Shown one piece after another: positions 19,128 to 29,023 of a DNA stretch of 64,000 nucleotides. Source of the stretch: Candidatus Thalassarchaeaceae archaeon (GTDB lineage: Archaea; Thermoplasmatota; Poseidoniia; Poseidoniales; Thalassarchaeaceae). The stretch's first letter is position 1. Every line of letters starts with the position of its first letter. A model generated the notes under the pieces. The model did not search any database. It was not told the origin of the DNA and saw only the letters and a list, made by a program, of their open reading frames with translations. The stretch lies in contig JBJLBO010000005.1 in the NCBI GenBank assembly GCA_045568115.1, positions 249,048 to 313,047 on the forward strand, read 5' to 3'. Made by a program: the position numbers and the translations under genes.

Positions 19128-20333
19128 TCAATTTAGAATTCCCCAAGCGTGTTCGGCATTACCTCTCATCCACTCGTAATCATCTTTAGTTCGCAGACCA
19201 TGTTCGTCAAGAATTGCTATTTTTTCAACTTCTAGAGGATATTCGTTGTAGGTTAGATGACTGACAAAACCAGCACGAGTAGGTTGATCAAAAGTCCATC
19301 TAGCACGATTAGTAGCTCGGACATGAATAGAAATCTGTGTTCGACCATTCCAAACTTTGACTTTAAATCGAGGGAGGATATTGCCTCTTTCATCACGCAG
19401 TGCGTCATCTCCATCTTGCTTCTCTAGTTCTACTTCACAGCGTTTGAAGCTCTCGGTACGCCCCCTCTTCCGATCATGGAAAAGTCCTCCACTACCTGAA
19501 GTAGAGCCCGCATTTGACAAGCGGAAGAAATCACGTAATGACCAAGGTGTATCATCCTTCATCGTAAATGAAGGAGAAATATGAGGCATAAACCAGTCTA
19601 TGTATGAACCATCATCAAAATGTAGCATACCCCAAAACCAAGGGAAGCTAGGTGCTTGAACCCCAACCTTCTGAATGTAAGCTGAACCCTCAAAGGATTC
19701 GCCATCAAATTCCAGTACCGCTTTAGTTCCATGTACTCTGAGAATATCATAACCCATATTTAGACCAAATACATTATTCTTGTATGTGGCAGAACTCGGT
19801 CCTTCCCACCAAGGAGTCATCTCAAGCTTGAATTCTTTGGGAGCACCCTCAACTATCATTTCTGGATCACTAGATAAGTTTAGCCAAAACGAATCATTTC
19901 CGGGACGAAGACCGAATGATAAGTCCTCACTTGACAACGGGACTATGGCACCACCTCCTTGGCCTTCACCGACTGATTCAGAAGGCCAAAGAGGATGCTT
20001 GTCGTCAATTGAAATCATCCTACATTCCTTCATAATTAGTGGTTCGTACATTTTCTCACCGTCATACCACCATCCACAAACCATTCCCTGCATTAGATTC
20101 CCACGATCTTTGTCTACATTCATTCTTCCTTTAGGAATCCACCAATGTCCGCTTACTCGTATAGCAGGAGTCTCTTTGGAAGACCACAAAACCATCAATT
20201 GTTTAGAGCGACCTGGGTTTTTAGGATCAGGAAGCAGAACAAGTACCCACCACCAGTACCAAGATAAACGGGATAAAGGAGGCATTAGATCAAAACGCCA
20301 GAAATTCCGCAAATCTCCGCCAAATTTCTGCAT
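19128..20333 (-). CDS. Trp-rich beta-sheet protein, possible tocopherol cyclase/AttH/CrtC-like fold
   Basis: WYWWW near the N-terminus and GSAYIQKVG...FPWFWG. GAGGGTGA SD-like site; 18 nt downstream of the ABC permease stop. Confidence 0.6.
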   Translation of the reverse strand: MQKFGGDLRNFWRFDLMPPLSRLSWYWWWVLVLLPDPKNPGRSKQLMVLWSSKETPAIRVSGHWWIPKGRMNVDKDRGNLMQGMVCGWWYDGEKMYEPLIMKECRMISIDDKHPLWPSESVGEGQGGGAIVPLSSEDLSFGLRPGNDSFWLNLSSDPEMIVEGAPKEFKLEMTPWWEGPSSATYKNNVFGLNMGYDILRVHGTKAVLEFDGESFEGSAYIQKVGVQAPSFPWFWGMLHFDDGSYIDWFMPHISPSFTMKDDTPWSLRDFFRLSNAGSTSGSGGLFHDRKRGRTESFKRCEVELEKQDGDDALRDERGNILPRFKVKVWNGRTQISIHVRATNRARWTFDQPTRAGFVSHLTYNEYPLEVEKIAILDEHGLRTKDDYEWMRGNAEHAWGILN

Positions 20334-20351
20334 TCTTCACCCTCGATAAAT

Positions 20352-22007
20352 TCACATAATCTCTCGACGCTTGAAAACTGATTGAGCCAGGAAAATCATC
20401 AATGTGGTGATTAGAGAAAGAATCACTACTGAAATTATTGCCGAAACATAAGGGTTCCCCGTTTCCAATGTATGTGCTGGAGGGCTCCAGATAACATCCA
20501 AACCGGTGTCTAGATTAAATGCTTCAGCCATTAAGTGCATGGTCAATGTATCTGGCCATATAATTAGAACAAGAGAGTCAACAAGTTGTAGAGACCAATG
20601 AGATATTGAGAGAGATGACGCATATTGAATTGTAGTTGAACCACCTCCGATTAAGGTTAATACAGCCATCATGAATTCCCAGACTCCAATAATTAGTGCA
20701 ATATACACACCATATTTAGGTGAAACTAGACCAAGAGTATTGAAAACCGCGCCATATGCAGTAAGAGCGAGAACAGTAGTTAATCCAATGGCAAACCATA
20801 TTAGAATATCTCTGAATCTAATTATTGAATCACCAGGACCTAATAATGAAGTAAAAATACCCATCAGAAATGACATTAATAATACGAAACTGCCGGCTAT
20901 TAGAAGATATCCAAGAATTCTGTAAACAATGAATTCACCTCTATGTATTGGTTTAGAAAGAAGATAATGTAAGGTTCCATTTTCGGTTTCATCTCTAACT
21001 AAACCTAGAGCCAAAAACAGAGGAAGGAAGATTGAGAGAATCATGATAAAAGCAATCTTTCCAACTGCAATAATGAAAACACGATGTATAGATTCTCCAG
21101 AGAGCTTTTCATCATCAGGATCTTCATCTACATTTTCATCTGCTCTGATATCAATTATGGTTTCTCCATCAGAGCCAATAATCCAAACAACATCACAAGG
21201 AATTCCATTTCTATTGGAATCATCTTCCTCAAACCAGAAATCTAATTCGATCCAATCCACTCTTAGACAATCGCCATCATCATCAAATCCTTGTGAAGAA
21301 GATAAGATATTTCCATCCCAGTCAATGTCGTCCTCATCAATATAGTTTGAAGCAGGCTCAGGTTCAACGTAATATTGATCTGTAAAATGACCCCATTCAG
21401 AATAATACTCTTCCAAAACTCTCAGAGTGCCCTCTCCTCGGAAATTCACACTCATCAACGCGATATCCCCATTGCTTTGCTGACAAGCATCACCCCATGA
21501 TATCCACCAATCAACTCCAAATTCTCCATTCTGTGTACAGTCATCTAAATCAGAAAAATCAACATCGTCCCACCGATTGTATTGGAAATCTTCATCTATC
21601 CAAATAGGGGAAAAAATACCAGTAGCATCAATCCAAGTTTGATTTCCAGAATGTGTTCTATTTTGGTCGCTCCAGTGAACCTCACCATCTCTGACATAAT
21701 ATCCAGAACCGGGATATTGCATTGGATCCCAATCATCAGTACCATATTTCCTTTCTTGACCAAGAGGATAACCATCTCCGTCCCAATCTTCAGAATCGCC
21801 ATCATTATCAATAGGTTCAAATCCATCTCGAACAGCATCTACATAGAATGCCAATAACATTAGGATAAGTAAAGTTCCAACACCTAGAACTACCCATGTT
21901 GACATACGGTGTCGCAATTGACGGACTGTTAACTCAGTTATTGCACCGGCTTTCCTATCAAGACGCGTCCATACGGTTTCTGACAACCCTCTACCTTGTT
22001 TATCCAT
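20352..22007 (-). CDS. ABC-2 type permease with large acidic extracellular insertion
   Basis: ETENGTLHYLLSKPI-x-R motif, about 6 TM, DxDGD repeats after TM1. Confidence 0.88.
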   Translation of the reverse strand: MDKQGRGLSETVWTRLDRKAGAITELTVRQLRHRMSTWVVLGVGTLLILMLLAFYVDAVRDGFEPIDNDGDSEDWDGDGYPLGQERKYGTDDWDPMQYPGSGYYVRDGEVHWSDQNRTHSGNQTWIDATGIFSPIWIDEDFQYNRWDDVDFSDLDDCTQNGEFGVDWWISWGDACQQSNGDIALMSVNFRGEGTLRVLEEYYSEWGHFTDQYYVEPEPASNYIDEDDIDWDGNILSSSQGFDDDGDCLRVDWIELDFWFEEDDSNRNGIPCDVVWIIGSDGETIIDIRADENVDEDPDDEKLSGESIHRVFIIAVGKIAFIMILSIFLPLFLALGLVRDETENGTLHYLLSKPIHRGEFIVYRILGYLLIAGSFVLLMSFLMGIFTSLLGPGDSIIRFRDILIWFAIGLTTVLALTAYGAVFNTLGLVSPKYGVYIALIIGVWEFMMAVLTLIGGGSTTIQYASSLSISHWSLQLVDSLVLIIWPDTLTMHLMAEAFNLDTGLDVIWSPPAHTLETGNPYVSAIISVVILSLITTLMIFLAQSVFKRREIM

Positions 22008-22948
22008 CAGTTATCACCTCCGACGAGATACTTTAGCAGAGACTCTAAGTTGTCATCCGGATTTTCAATAGAATATATTTTAACTCCTGAATTGACAATT
22101 ACACGAGGAAGTATAGAATGTGCAGCTGATAAGTCATTTGTTAGGATTTCAAGAGCACCCTCTCCCGAAAAACGCACTCCATATACAGGATCCTCGATGA
22201 TGAATGATGATGCTAATTCTCTTGGTTTCTCAGTCTTGATTAGAATTCTATGTGGATGTTTATCGAGTAAATCACGAATTGCATGTAGATTACCCAACGC
22301 TAGAAGTCGACCATTATGCAGAATCACAATTTGTTCAGTTATTCTCTCGATTTCATCTAGGATATGGCTTGAAACTAGAACCGTTTTACCTTGTGCACCT
22401 AAATCTCTTATCACGCTCATAATACTTGTTCGAGCGATTGGATCACAACCATGAAGAGGTTCATCGAGAATAATCAAATCAGGATCATGAACTAAAGCGT
22501 GAGCAATCTTGATTCGCTGTCTCATTCCCTTGCTGTATTTTCCAATCTCCTTATGTTGGACATCAGACAATCCGACGAATTCCAGAACATGTTCTGCTCT
22601 AGCACTTGCTTCTTCTCTAGTCATTCCATGCAAACGCGCTAGGGTTGAGACGAAATCATGGCCAGTCATCCAATCATACAATTTTTCAGTTTCCGATACA
22701 TACCCGACTCGTCGATAAGGTGATGTGCTTTCCCAAGGATCAATTCCGAATAATCTGACAGAACCACCACTTGGTTTTAGTCTGCCCATTAGAAGTTTGA
22801 ATAGAGTTGATTTTCCTGCACCATTCGGCCCTAATATTCCAGTAACACCTCCATCTATTGCTAATGAAACATCGTTGATACCTATTACATTCCCGTACCA
22901 CTTGGAACAATGATCAATTACAACAGTAGGAGTACTTTTTGAAGTCAT
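22007..22948 (-). CDS. ABC transporter ATP-binding subunit
   Basis: GPNGAGKS, YSKGMRQR, LDEP, SSH motifs. Confidence 0.95.
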   Translation of the reverse strand: MTSKSTPTVVIDHCSKWYGNVIGINDVSLAIDGGVTGILGPNGAGKSTLFKLLMGRLKPSGGSVRLFGIDPWESTSPYRRVGYVSETEKLYDWMTGHDFVSTLARLHGMTREEASARAEHVLEFVGLSDVQHKEIGKYSKGMRQRIKIAHALVHDPDLIILDEPLHGCDPIARTSIMSVIRDLGAQGKTVLVSSHILDEIERITEQIVILHNGRLLALGNLHAIRDLLDKHPHRILIKTEKPRELASSFIIEDPVYGVRFSGEGALEILTNDLSAAHSILPRVIVNSGVKIYSIENPDDNLESLLKYLVGGDN

Positions 22949-23952
22949 TCTCTAGTCACCTCCAAACTACTAACTCTATTGACTAGAACTGCAATTGATG
23001 CCGCATTATAGACCAAAACCGAAACAATAGAAAAGGCAAGAGAATGCTCATAATTTGGAGGAATTCCAACTAGCCATTGCCCTATATGGGCAAGTGCGTC
23101 ATAAGGACTAAGGATGTAAATTATTGATGTTTGAAAAACTAATTCAACTAATAATGCAGTGAGTTTAGTGCCGAAAATTATTGCTAAGAAGGCCACAGCT
23201 GCAAAGAAGCGACTCTGACTAATGCTAGAAAGAGCCATTCCAATTGATGTATATGTGAATACAAGTAAAAGGCCAGCAATTAATCCTCCTAAGAACATAG
23301 GTAAAGTATCAATCAAAAACGCCCAGCCCTCACCTCTAAAGACGATAGAGGTGGAATAATACAATACATAGGAGAATACGATAACGAAGGTAAGAACAAA
23401 GGCTGCACTCAAGAATTTCATAATTGTATAATCGGTTCTCGTTACTGGCCGTGAAAAGTAGATAGCACTAGTTCCATTTTTCCTATCATCAGAAATCATT
23501 CCCCCTACAACAAGAGCAGTTAGAAGAGGCCACATACAGAGGTTTCTCGGATAGTACCCTAGTACTTGACCCCACAAATTGTATCTGTTAATCCCCCACA
23601 TCCTAGTCAACCAATCGGAGGCATCACCAGGGAGTGTTGAAGATAAGAAAATCATAGCAATTGGCGTTAGAGATGATAGTAGAATTACCAGAATAGTTAG
23701 ACGAACAAAAGGATTGTAGTATCTATGTCCTTTTGATGAAAATAATCCATATACGTGGTGTCGAAAAATCGCATAATTACGTACCCATCGTGGACCTAGA
23801 GTTCCATTCCAAGGACGATACACCTGTTCGAAGACTACTCCAAGACTTGCTCGTTGAGCGACGACAGCCTGAGCATCATCATCTCCGTCACCTGCCCCAT
23901 AGGCGACTTCCATCCTAGTTTGACCATTAGCTAGAGCAAGATCTTCAGACAA
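22945..23952 (-). CDS. ABC-2 type permease
   Basis: DRKNGTSAIYFSRPV motif and 6 TM. GGAGGTGA SD precedes the TTG at 23952. Confidence 0.88.
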   Translation of the reverse strand: MSEDLALANGQTRMEVAYGAGDGDDDAQAVVAQRASLGVVFEQVYRPWNGTLGPRWVRNYAIFRHHVYGLFSSKGHRYYNPFVRLTILVILLSSLTPIAMIFLSSTLPGDASDWLTRMWGINRYNLWGQVLGYYPRNLCMWPLLTALVVGGMISDDRKNGTSAIYFSRPVTRTDYTIMKFLSAAFVLTFVIVFSYVLYYSTSIVFRGEGWAFLIDTLPMFLGGLIAGLLLVFTYTSIGMALSSISQSRFFAAVAFLAIIFGTKLTALLVELVFQTSIIYILSPYDALAHIGQWLVGIPPNYEHSLAFSIVSVLVYNAASIAVLVNRVSSLEVTRE

Positions 23953-24931
23953 TTCTTTCACCTCCTGTGTGAGCCTCTGTCATCAAATCTGCAGTGCCCT
24001 TTACGTGAGAGCCTAATCTCTCCATAATGAGAAGGAATATATCTTCAAGATCAGGTTCATATTCACGAAGTTCTCTAACCTGCACACCGACTTTTGCAGC
24101 AGTTTCAATAACCAATCCGATAGTGTTCTCATCTTCAATTGTTACTCTCATCACTCGACCTAGACGGCGTACGCTCAAGCCGGACTCTTTGAGAGCATTT
24201 TCCATCGTACTTGCACCACCCCAAATTACCACCTCGATTTCACGATCTATCTGGCGGGCTAAATCTTCTATGGAACGTTGAACCACAATTTTCCCTTTAT
24301 GCATCATGACAATTCTGTCACATACTTCTTGGACATCATCCATCACATGACTGGACATCAGAACAGTACCACCTCCATCATCTACTGTACGTTTCAGAGT
24401 TTCTAGCATGAATTTTCGTGAACGCTGATCTAACCCATTAGTTGGTTCGTCACAAATTAGAATTTCAGGGTCATGAACCAGTGCACAAGCAAGCTTTGTT
24501 GCCTGCTTCATCCCAGTACTAAATGATTCGATTTTTCGATACCTTTGATCGCGAAGACCAACATACTCGAGAACCTCATGGGCTCTCTGCATAGCCTGTG
24601 CAGGATTCATCCCCAACAATTCTCCCGAATAACGAACTTGATCAATAGCGTTTAGACTTGGGTCAAGGGAATCATATTCAGGCATGTAACCAATCCGTGA
24701 ACGAATCAAATCTCCTTGAGTACGGATATCAAATCCTAGAACCGTTCCATTACCAGAGGTTGTTGTAATCAGTCCGAGTAAACACTTGAACAGAGTAGAT
24801 TTTCCAGCACCGTTTGGCCCAAGTACTCCAATTGCCCCTCTCGATAAGGATAAATTAGCATCATCTAGGGCAAGATGAGGGCCATACAATTTGCGCAGAT
24901 TCTGTGTTTGAATGATTAAGTCTTCGCTCAA
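23945..24931 (-). CDS. ABC transporter ATP-binding subunit
   Basis: GPNGAGKS, FSTGMKQ, CDEP, SSH motifs. GGAGGGTG SD precedes the TTG. Confidence 0.95.
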   Translation of the reverse strand: MSEDLIIQTQNLRKLYGPHLALDDANLSLSRGAIGVLGPNGAGKSTLFKCLLGLITTTSGNGTVLGFDIRTQGDLIRSRIGYMPEYDSLDPSLNAIDQVRYSGELLGMNPAQAMQRAHEVLEYVGLRDQRYRKIESFSTGMKQATKLACALVHDPEILICDEPTNGLDQRSRKFMLETLKRTVDDGGGTVLMSSHVMDDVQEVCDRIVMMHKGKIVVQRSIEDLARQIDREIEVVIWGGASTMENALKESGLSVRRLGRVMRVTIEDENTIGLVIETAAKVGVQVRELREYEPDLEDIFLLIMERLGSHVKGTADLMTEAHTGGERIV

Positions 24932-24950
24932 AAAAACACCCTCCGTTAAC

Positions 24951-24970
24951 CGACTCCCCTAAGGGAGTCG
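24951..24970 (-). promoter_or_regulatory. Perfect 8-bp hairpin in the leader of the ABC operon
   Basis: + strand CGACTCCC-CTAA-GGGAGTCG, just upstream of the SD. Confidence 0.55.
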
Positions 24971-25026
24971 AATCTATGTGGTAACAGAAACCACTTGAAA
25001 CAATCCCCGACAGAGATTGAGTTGCA

Positions 25027-27192
25027 TCATTGCTTCATTGCACCATCACGAACTTTTACAGCAATTCCTTTTGTGAAGAATGACATATCATCATCGGTAG
25101 CATTTGCTATTCCATGTGCAACTAAATTCCCCTCAGAATCTACCACTAAACAAGGCTGACCAACTATTAGATGAGAATCTGCACCTAAGACAAATCCATG
25201 TATGACATTTCGTCCTTGACCAACGAAAGGTATTGCGTCATCGTGAAGAAGTACTCGTGGAATACCTAGATGATCTCCCTCGATATATTCCATCTCAGAC
25301 TGGAATTTACGAGGGGGATTTGGATTTAATTCGTGGAGAGCTCTAGCTCCATTCAGAGTCAAAGATAGAGCACCATCAGGAAGCCTAGGTGACAAACAAT
25401 GTTGATCATCAAAATTCACGTTAACCATACGGTCGGTTCTCGATCTTCGAGCACTCATGTTAGAAGTTAAATCACAGGATAATTTTGGATTAATTCCACA
25501 GAATAAGGAGAGTTTGTCAACAACTGTACAACGATCTATCCAATCACGGATTATCTGACGCTTATCGCCTCCAGCGATCTCATCTGGATCAGGTAGGCAT
25601 TCGTGGATATCCAATGGTAAATTGGACAAGCTCAAGTCATCAAGCCATGCATCAATTTCATTCTCAGAAATTACCATCCTCCATAGATCGTCTGAACCAT
25701 CAATATGACACCATGGTGAGACATCTTCGAGAGTGAATGGAATAAGCCCAATGGGGGTAGAAATTAGGATTACAGAACGAGGTTCCTCACGAAGTGCCTC
25801 CACCGCAGTCCCGAGAGCGGAATTGCGCCAAGGAGGAGCCGCGCCAGTCAAAATTACAACTCTCTCTGGAGAAGACACTGAGTCATCCCACCATGACCCA
25901 GGGGCACGCCATCTTGTGGCTAACATTGCATTTAGGTGGAGGAGATGTGGACGGTAGTCAATATCATTGCCGAAATGCTCCGCAGTACCACGTACGGGAT
26001 TTGTTGAGGAAATTATTCTCAAAGCACTCTGGCCAACGGGTCCTTCATCAGGATCTACCAACTGTTCTATTACCCATTCAAAGGCCTCCCTTAGTTGAGG
26101 GGAGGCATGACTTCTTTGTTCGGCTAAACGCCAAATTGTTCCATTTCTAATCGCCTCTCTGCATCTAGCAAGTTCAACCTGCGTAATCTCAAGATTATGA
26201 TGAGAAAGAAGAACAGACCGCTCCTCCTTTTCCATCTCACGAACTTCTTTCGGAGTGTGATGAAAAAGAGCACTTGAGTGACAAGGCCATTCAGTAAGTT
26301 CACCCAGCTTTACCGTCCCCTCGGGTGTTAACAAACGATCGTCGCGAGCAAACAATGCATAGGCGGCTGAATCAAACAAATCAGTCCCTAAGGCAATTGC
26401 CAAAGGAAATAGCAAGGGATGACCACAACCAAAGAGATGGATTGGTCGATTTGGAGGAATTGTAGCACGAGCCGCCAATAGAATCTGAAATAATTCTCGA
26501 TACCGCTGTTTTTCCATTAGAGGAACTATGCCTCCAATAGGGTGAATTGCAAAACCTCTATGCTCACCTTCCATACTACCCATCAAGTCGCCAGCATGGG
26601 CTCTCAAATCTTCATGTAGACCTCCTTGAATTGGTCCATTGAGTAGTAACTCCTCGCCTGCAACTGTCAGGGATGGGGTGGCTCTATCCGCGGTTTCAAC
26701 AACTGCATTCTCCAGTTCTTCTCTAGTCATATCCGGGCGGCCAAATACATCGAGCATTGTCCCTATATCAACACCAATATTTCTCTGAAACTCAACAATC
26801 TCTTCAACGCCAACTTCTACATCTCCATAGACATATGACTGAAAGGTACCCGAATCGGTAACTATCACTCCTGGATAATCCAATAGAGCATGGATTCCAT
26901 CTTTGAGAGCTGGGTCACGTAACTTTTCATGTTTCCATGTAACATACGAATTCGTAATCAATCCATTTACGTGATAACGCTCCCACATTTCACGCGGTTC
27001 TATTGTTCGAATATTCGGATTTACCACAGGTAGTAGCATTGGGGTTGCTAGAACTCCGTGATTGGTGTACAATAGACCCAATCGTGCTGCTCCATCACGT
27101 GCAGTGACCTCGAACTTTCCAAGGTCCTGCGGCCGGCAGGGACTGGGGTCTGGACGTACAGCCACAGTATCGCTGCTCGGCCTTGTAGTCAT
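25027..27192 (-). CDS. tgtA: Archaeosine tRNA-guanine(15) transglycosylase with C-terminal PUA domain
   Basis: ARLG, TP-x-x-LPVVNP, ITNSY, TDSGTFQ, HLFGCGHP, DLFDSAAY motifs; PUA domain (GIAVKVR). Confidence 0.95.
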   Translation of the reverse strand: MTTRPSSDTVAVRPDPSPCRPQDLGKFEVTARDGAARLGLLYTNHGVLATPMLLPVVNPNIRTIEPREMWERYHVNGLITNSYVTWKHEKLRDPALKDGIHALLDYPGVIVTDSGTFQSYVYGDVEVGVEEIVEFQRNIGVDIGTMLDVFGRPDMTREELENAVVETADRATPSLTVAGEELLLNGPIQGGLHEDLRAHAGDLMGSMEGEHRGFAIHPIGGIVPLMEKQRYRELFQILLAARATIPPNRPIHLFGCGHPLLFPLAIALGTDLFDSAAYALFARDDRLLTPEGTVKLGELTEWPCHSSALFHHTPKEVREMEKEERSVLLSHHNLEITQVELARCREAIRNGTIWRLAEQRSHASPQLREAFEWVIEQLVDPDEGPVGQSALRIISSTNPVRGTAEHFGNDIDYRPHLLHLNAMLATRWRAPGSWWDDSVSSPERVVILTGAAPPWRNSALGTAVEALREEPRSVILISTPIGLIPFTLEDVSPWCHIDGSDDLWRMVISENEIDAWLDDLSLSNLPLDIHECLPDPDEIAGGDKRQIIRDWIDRCTVVDKLSLFCGINPKLSCDLTSNMSARRSRTDRMVNVNFDDQHCLSPRLPDGALSLTLNGARALHELNPNPPRKFQSEMEYIEGDHLGIPRVLLHDDAIPFVGQGRNVIHGFVLGADSHLIVGQPCLVVDSEGNLVAHGIANATDDDMSFFTKGIAVKVRDGAMKQ

Positions 27193-28937
27193 CAATCCTC
27201 GCCAACGCGCGAGAGTACTTTCAAGGAGACTTTACCATCATTTAGAACGACTTCAACCTCATCTCCATTATTGATTGCAATAGTAGGGTCTTGGTCAAAT
27301 CCATGAGCATATGGCAGACCTAGAAGGCTTGCTGCGGGAAGTGTCAACGGACAAACATCTCGATTCAATATTACTTTAGGACCGAAGCCAGTATAGATTA
27401 ATCCCATTAGGACAAAAGGGGCAACCGTTGACCCAGAGCCTTTTGGGTAAATAAGAACTGTATCCTTAATCGAAACACCATCGAGAGGATGTCCAGGTTC
27501 CTCTATAACTCCCGTATCCCGGTTGACGTATCCAAGGTAAGTTATTGGAACATCAGTCACCATTGCCTTTCCAGAGACTACCCATTCTTCTTGGCTTGGT
27601 AGGCCCTTTCCAGACACATTGGCATCGCCTAATTGATGTGATTTGTTTGTAGCAATGGGTTTTGCCTTCTTTGTGCCAAGAACTGGTCTTTCTCCTGTAA
27701 CGAGACCTGGATCAAAGGCATGGGCTACACACTGTGAAATTGGTGCAACACTAGTTGGCATTCTATTCAGTCCACTGGTTAGATAATGTTCAGCTTTGAG
27801 AGAATTAGTCAGAAGGTGGTTGTAGTGGGAACGATTGTATGGAGTAACCTCGGGACAAGTGTCTTTGAGAACTAAAGCACCAGCCTCTTCAAGAATTGAT
27901 ACAGTTCCATCGGCGTCTAACATTTCGTAATTTGCAGCACTGGTAAAAAGCCACAGACGCTGATTAGGTATTCGCTGTCCCAATTCCATTCTCGCTCTAA
28001 CTGCGGCCGCAGTCGCTCTTGCTTCACCAACACTGGCCTGAGGACAGCCTATTACAACTAAATCGACAATTCCCGAAGGCGCCAATTCATCGTATCTCTT
28101 TGTCAAATTTTCATCTGAAAAAATCAATTCACCCTCATATGATTCAGTAGATGGTGGGTCTCCAGTTATTCCATCTGCCCATAACATAGGACAGCCATAA
28201 TTCGCTGCGGCAGCAGTAAGTGCCTTACGCATCTCAAAGTCATTATTTTCTGGCAATCCCACGATATGCGGCATCATGCCCCAAGGCATATTCCACTCTG
28301 GCCGAATTTGTTTACCTATCCAATCACCCAAAACCGACCAATCGGCAGTATCTCCCATGTCTGCTTCAATCGTGACCAGAATGTTAGGGCGACGATTCTC
28401 TTCAATATGCAAGCCCCAAAGAGGAGCCCATCCCGTAAGTGCTGTGGCTAATGCAGAAAGTCCAGATTCTCTGTTTGTAATTAGAGATGTGTATGAATTG
28501 GAGAAACAAACAGCATTAGATTCTGCCCAAGAACCTATTCCTTCGGCTAATTCAATTCCACTATCATATGGCGTGCAGGATAGGATTGAATCAATTCCCA
28601 ATTCAGAATAGGCATGAATAATCTCAAATTGGTGTTTGAGAAAATCTGGATAATCAATTCCCATTTGGTCGATTTTATCCATATCACAGCCCGAAGAGTT
28701 CAGAGTTGTTGGTATTGCAACGATTCCTTCAGAATCACCCGAAATATCGGAGAGGAAACGACGAAGTCCATGCCCACCTGTGATTACACTTACTCCTGAT
28801 ACATGGGCGTGTGAACATCTAACGAATTCACTCGCACCTGCTGAAGAAGCCAAATCAACAACCAAACGAGCGGCCTTCTGCTTAGTTGGCCCTTGCTTGC
28901 CTTCAAGCATCGACTGGAGTTCTGTAGGGACTTCCAC
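27192..28937 (-). CDS. Aconitase X: fused catalytic (DUF521) and swivel (DUF126) domains; candidate phosphomevalonate dehydratase
   Basis: AHVSGV, PTTLN, CTPY, WAESNA, NRES, IGCPQ, DTC, TNS-x-K motifs; C-terminal GHPL-x-G and GSGSTV. Start is GTG 28937 or TTG 28967. Confidence 0.85.
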   Translation of the reverse strand: MEVPTELQSMLEGKQGPTKQKAARLVVDLASSAGASEFVRCSHAHVSGVSVITGGHGLRRFLSDISGDSEGIVAIPTTLNSSGCDMDKIDQMGIDYPDFLKHQFEIIHAYSELGIDSILSCTPYDSGIELAEGIGSWAESNAVCFSNSYTSLITNRESGLSALATALTGWAPLWGLHIEENRRPNILVTIEADMGDTADWSVLGDWIGKQIRPEWNMPWGMMPHIVGLPENNDFEMRKALTAAAANYGCPMLWADGITGDPPSTESYEGELIFSDENLTKRYDELAPSGIVDLVVIGCPQASVGEARATAAAVRARMELGQRIPNQRLWLFTSAANYEMLDADGTVSILEEAGALVLKDTCPEVTPYNRSHYNHLLTNSLKAEHYLTSGLNRMPTSVAPISQCVAHAFDPGLVTGERPVLGTKKAKPIATNKSHQLGDANVSGKGLPSQEEWVVSGKAMVTDVPITYLGYVNRDTGVIEEPGHPLDGVSIKDTVLIYPKGSGSTVAPFVLMGLIYTGFGPKVILNRDVCPLTLPAASLLGLPYAHGFDQDPTIAINNGDEVEVVLNDGKVSLKVLSRVGED

Positions 28938-29023
28938 GATTGAAGCCCAGATGCCGGACTCCTTCAAGATTCGCCGAGATTTGACTCAATCAATGACATC
29001 TAGGCTGAACATCCTTCAGGTCA

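Noticed and set aside
19780-20349. Long antisense ORFs (also 21996-22454, 49978-50487, 59003-59383 and others)
   Set aside because: They are Ser/Ile/Pro-rich shadows of real genes on the opposite strand, with no motifs.
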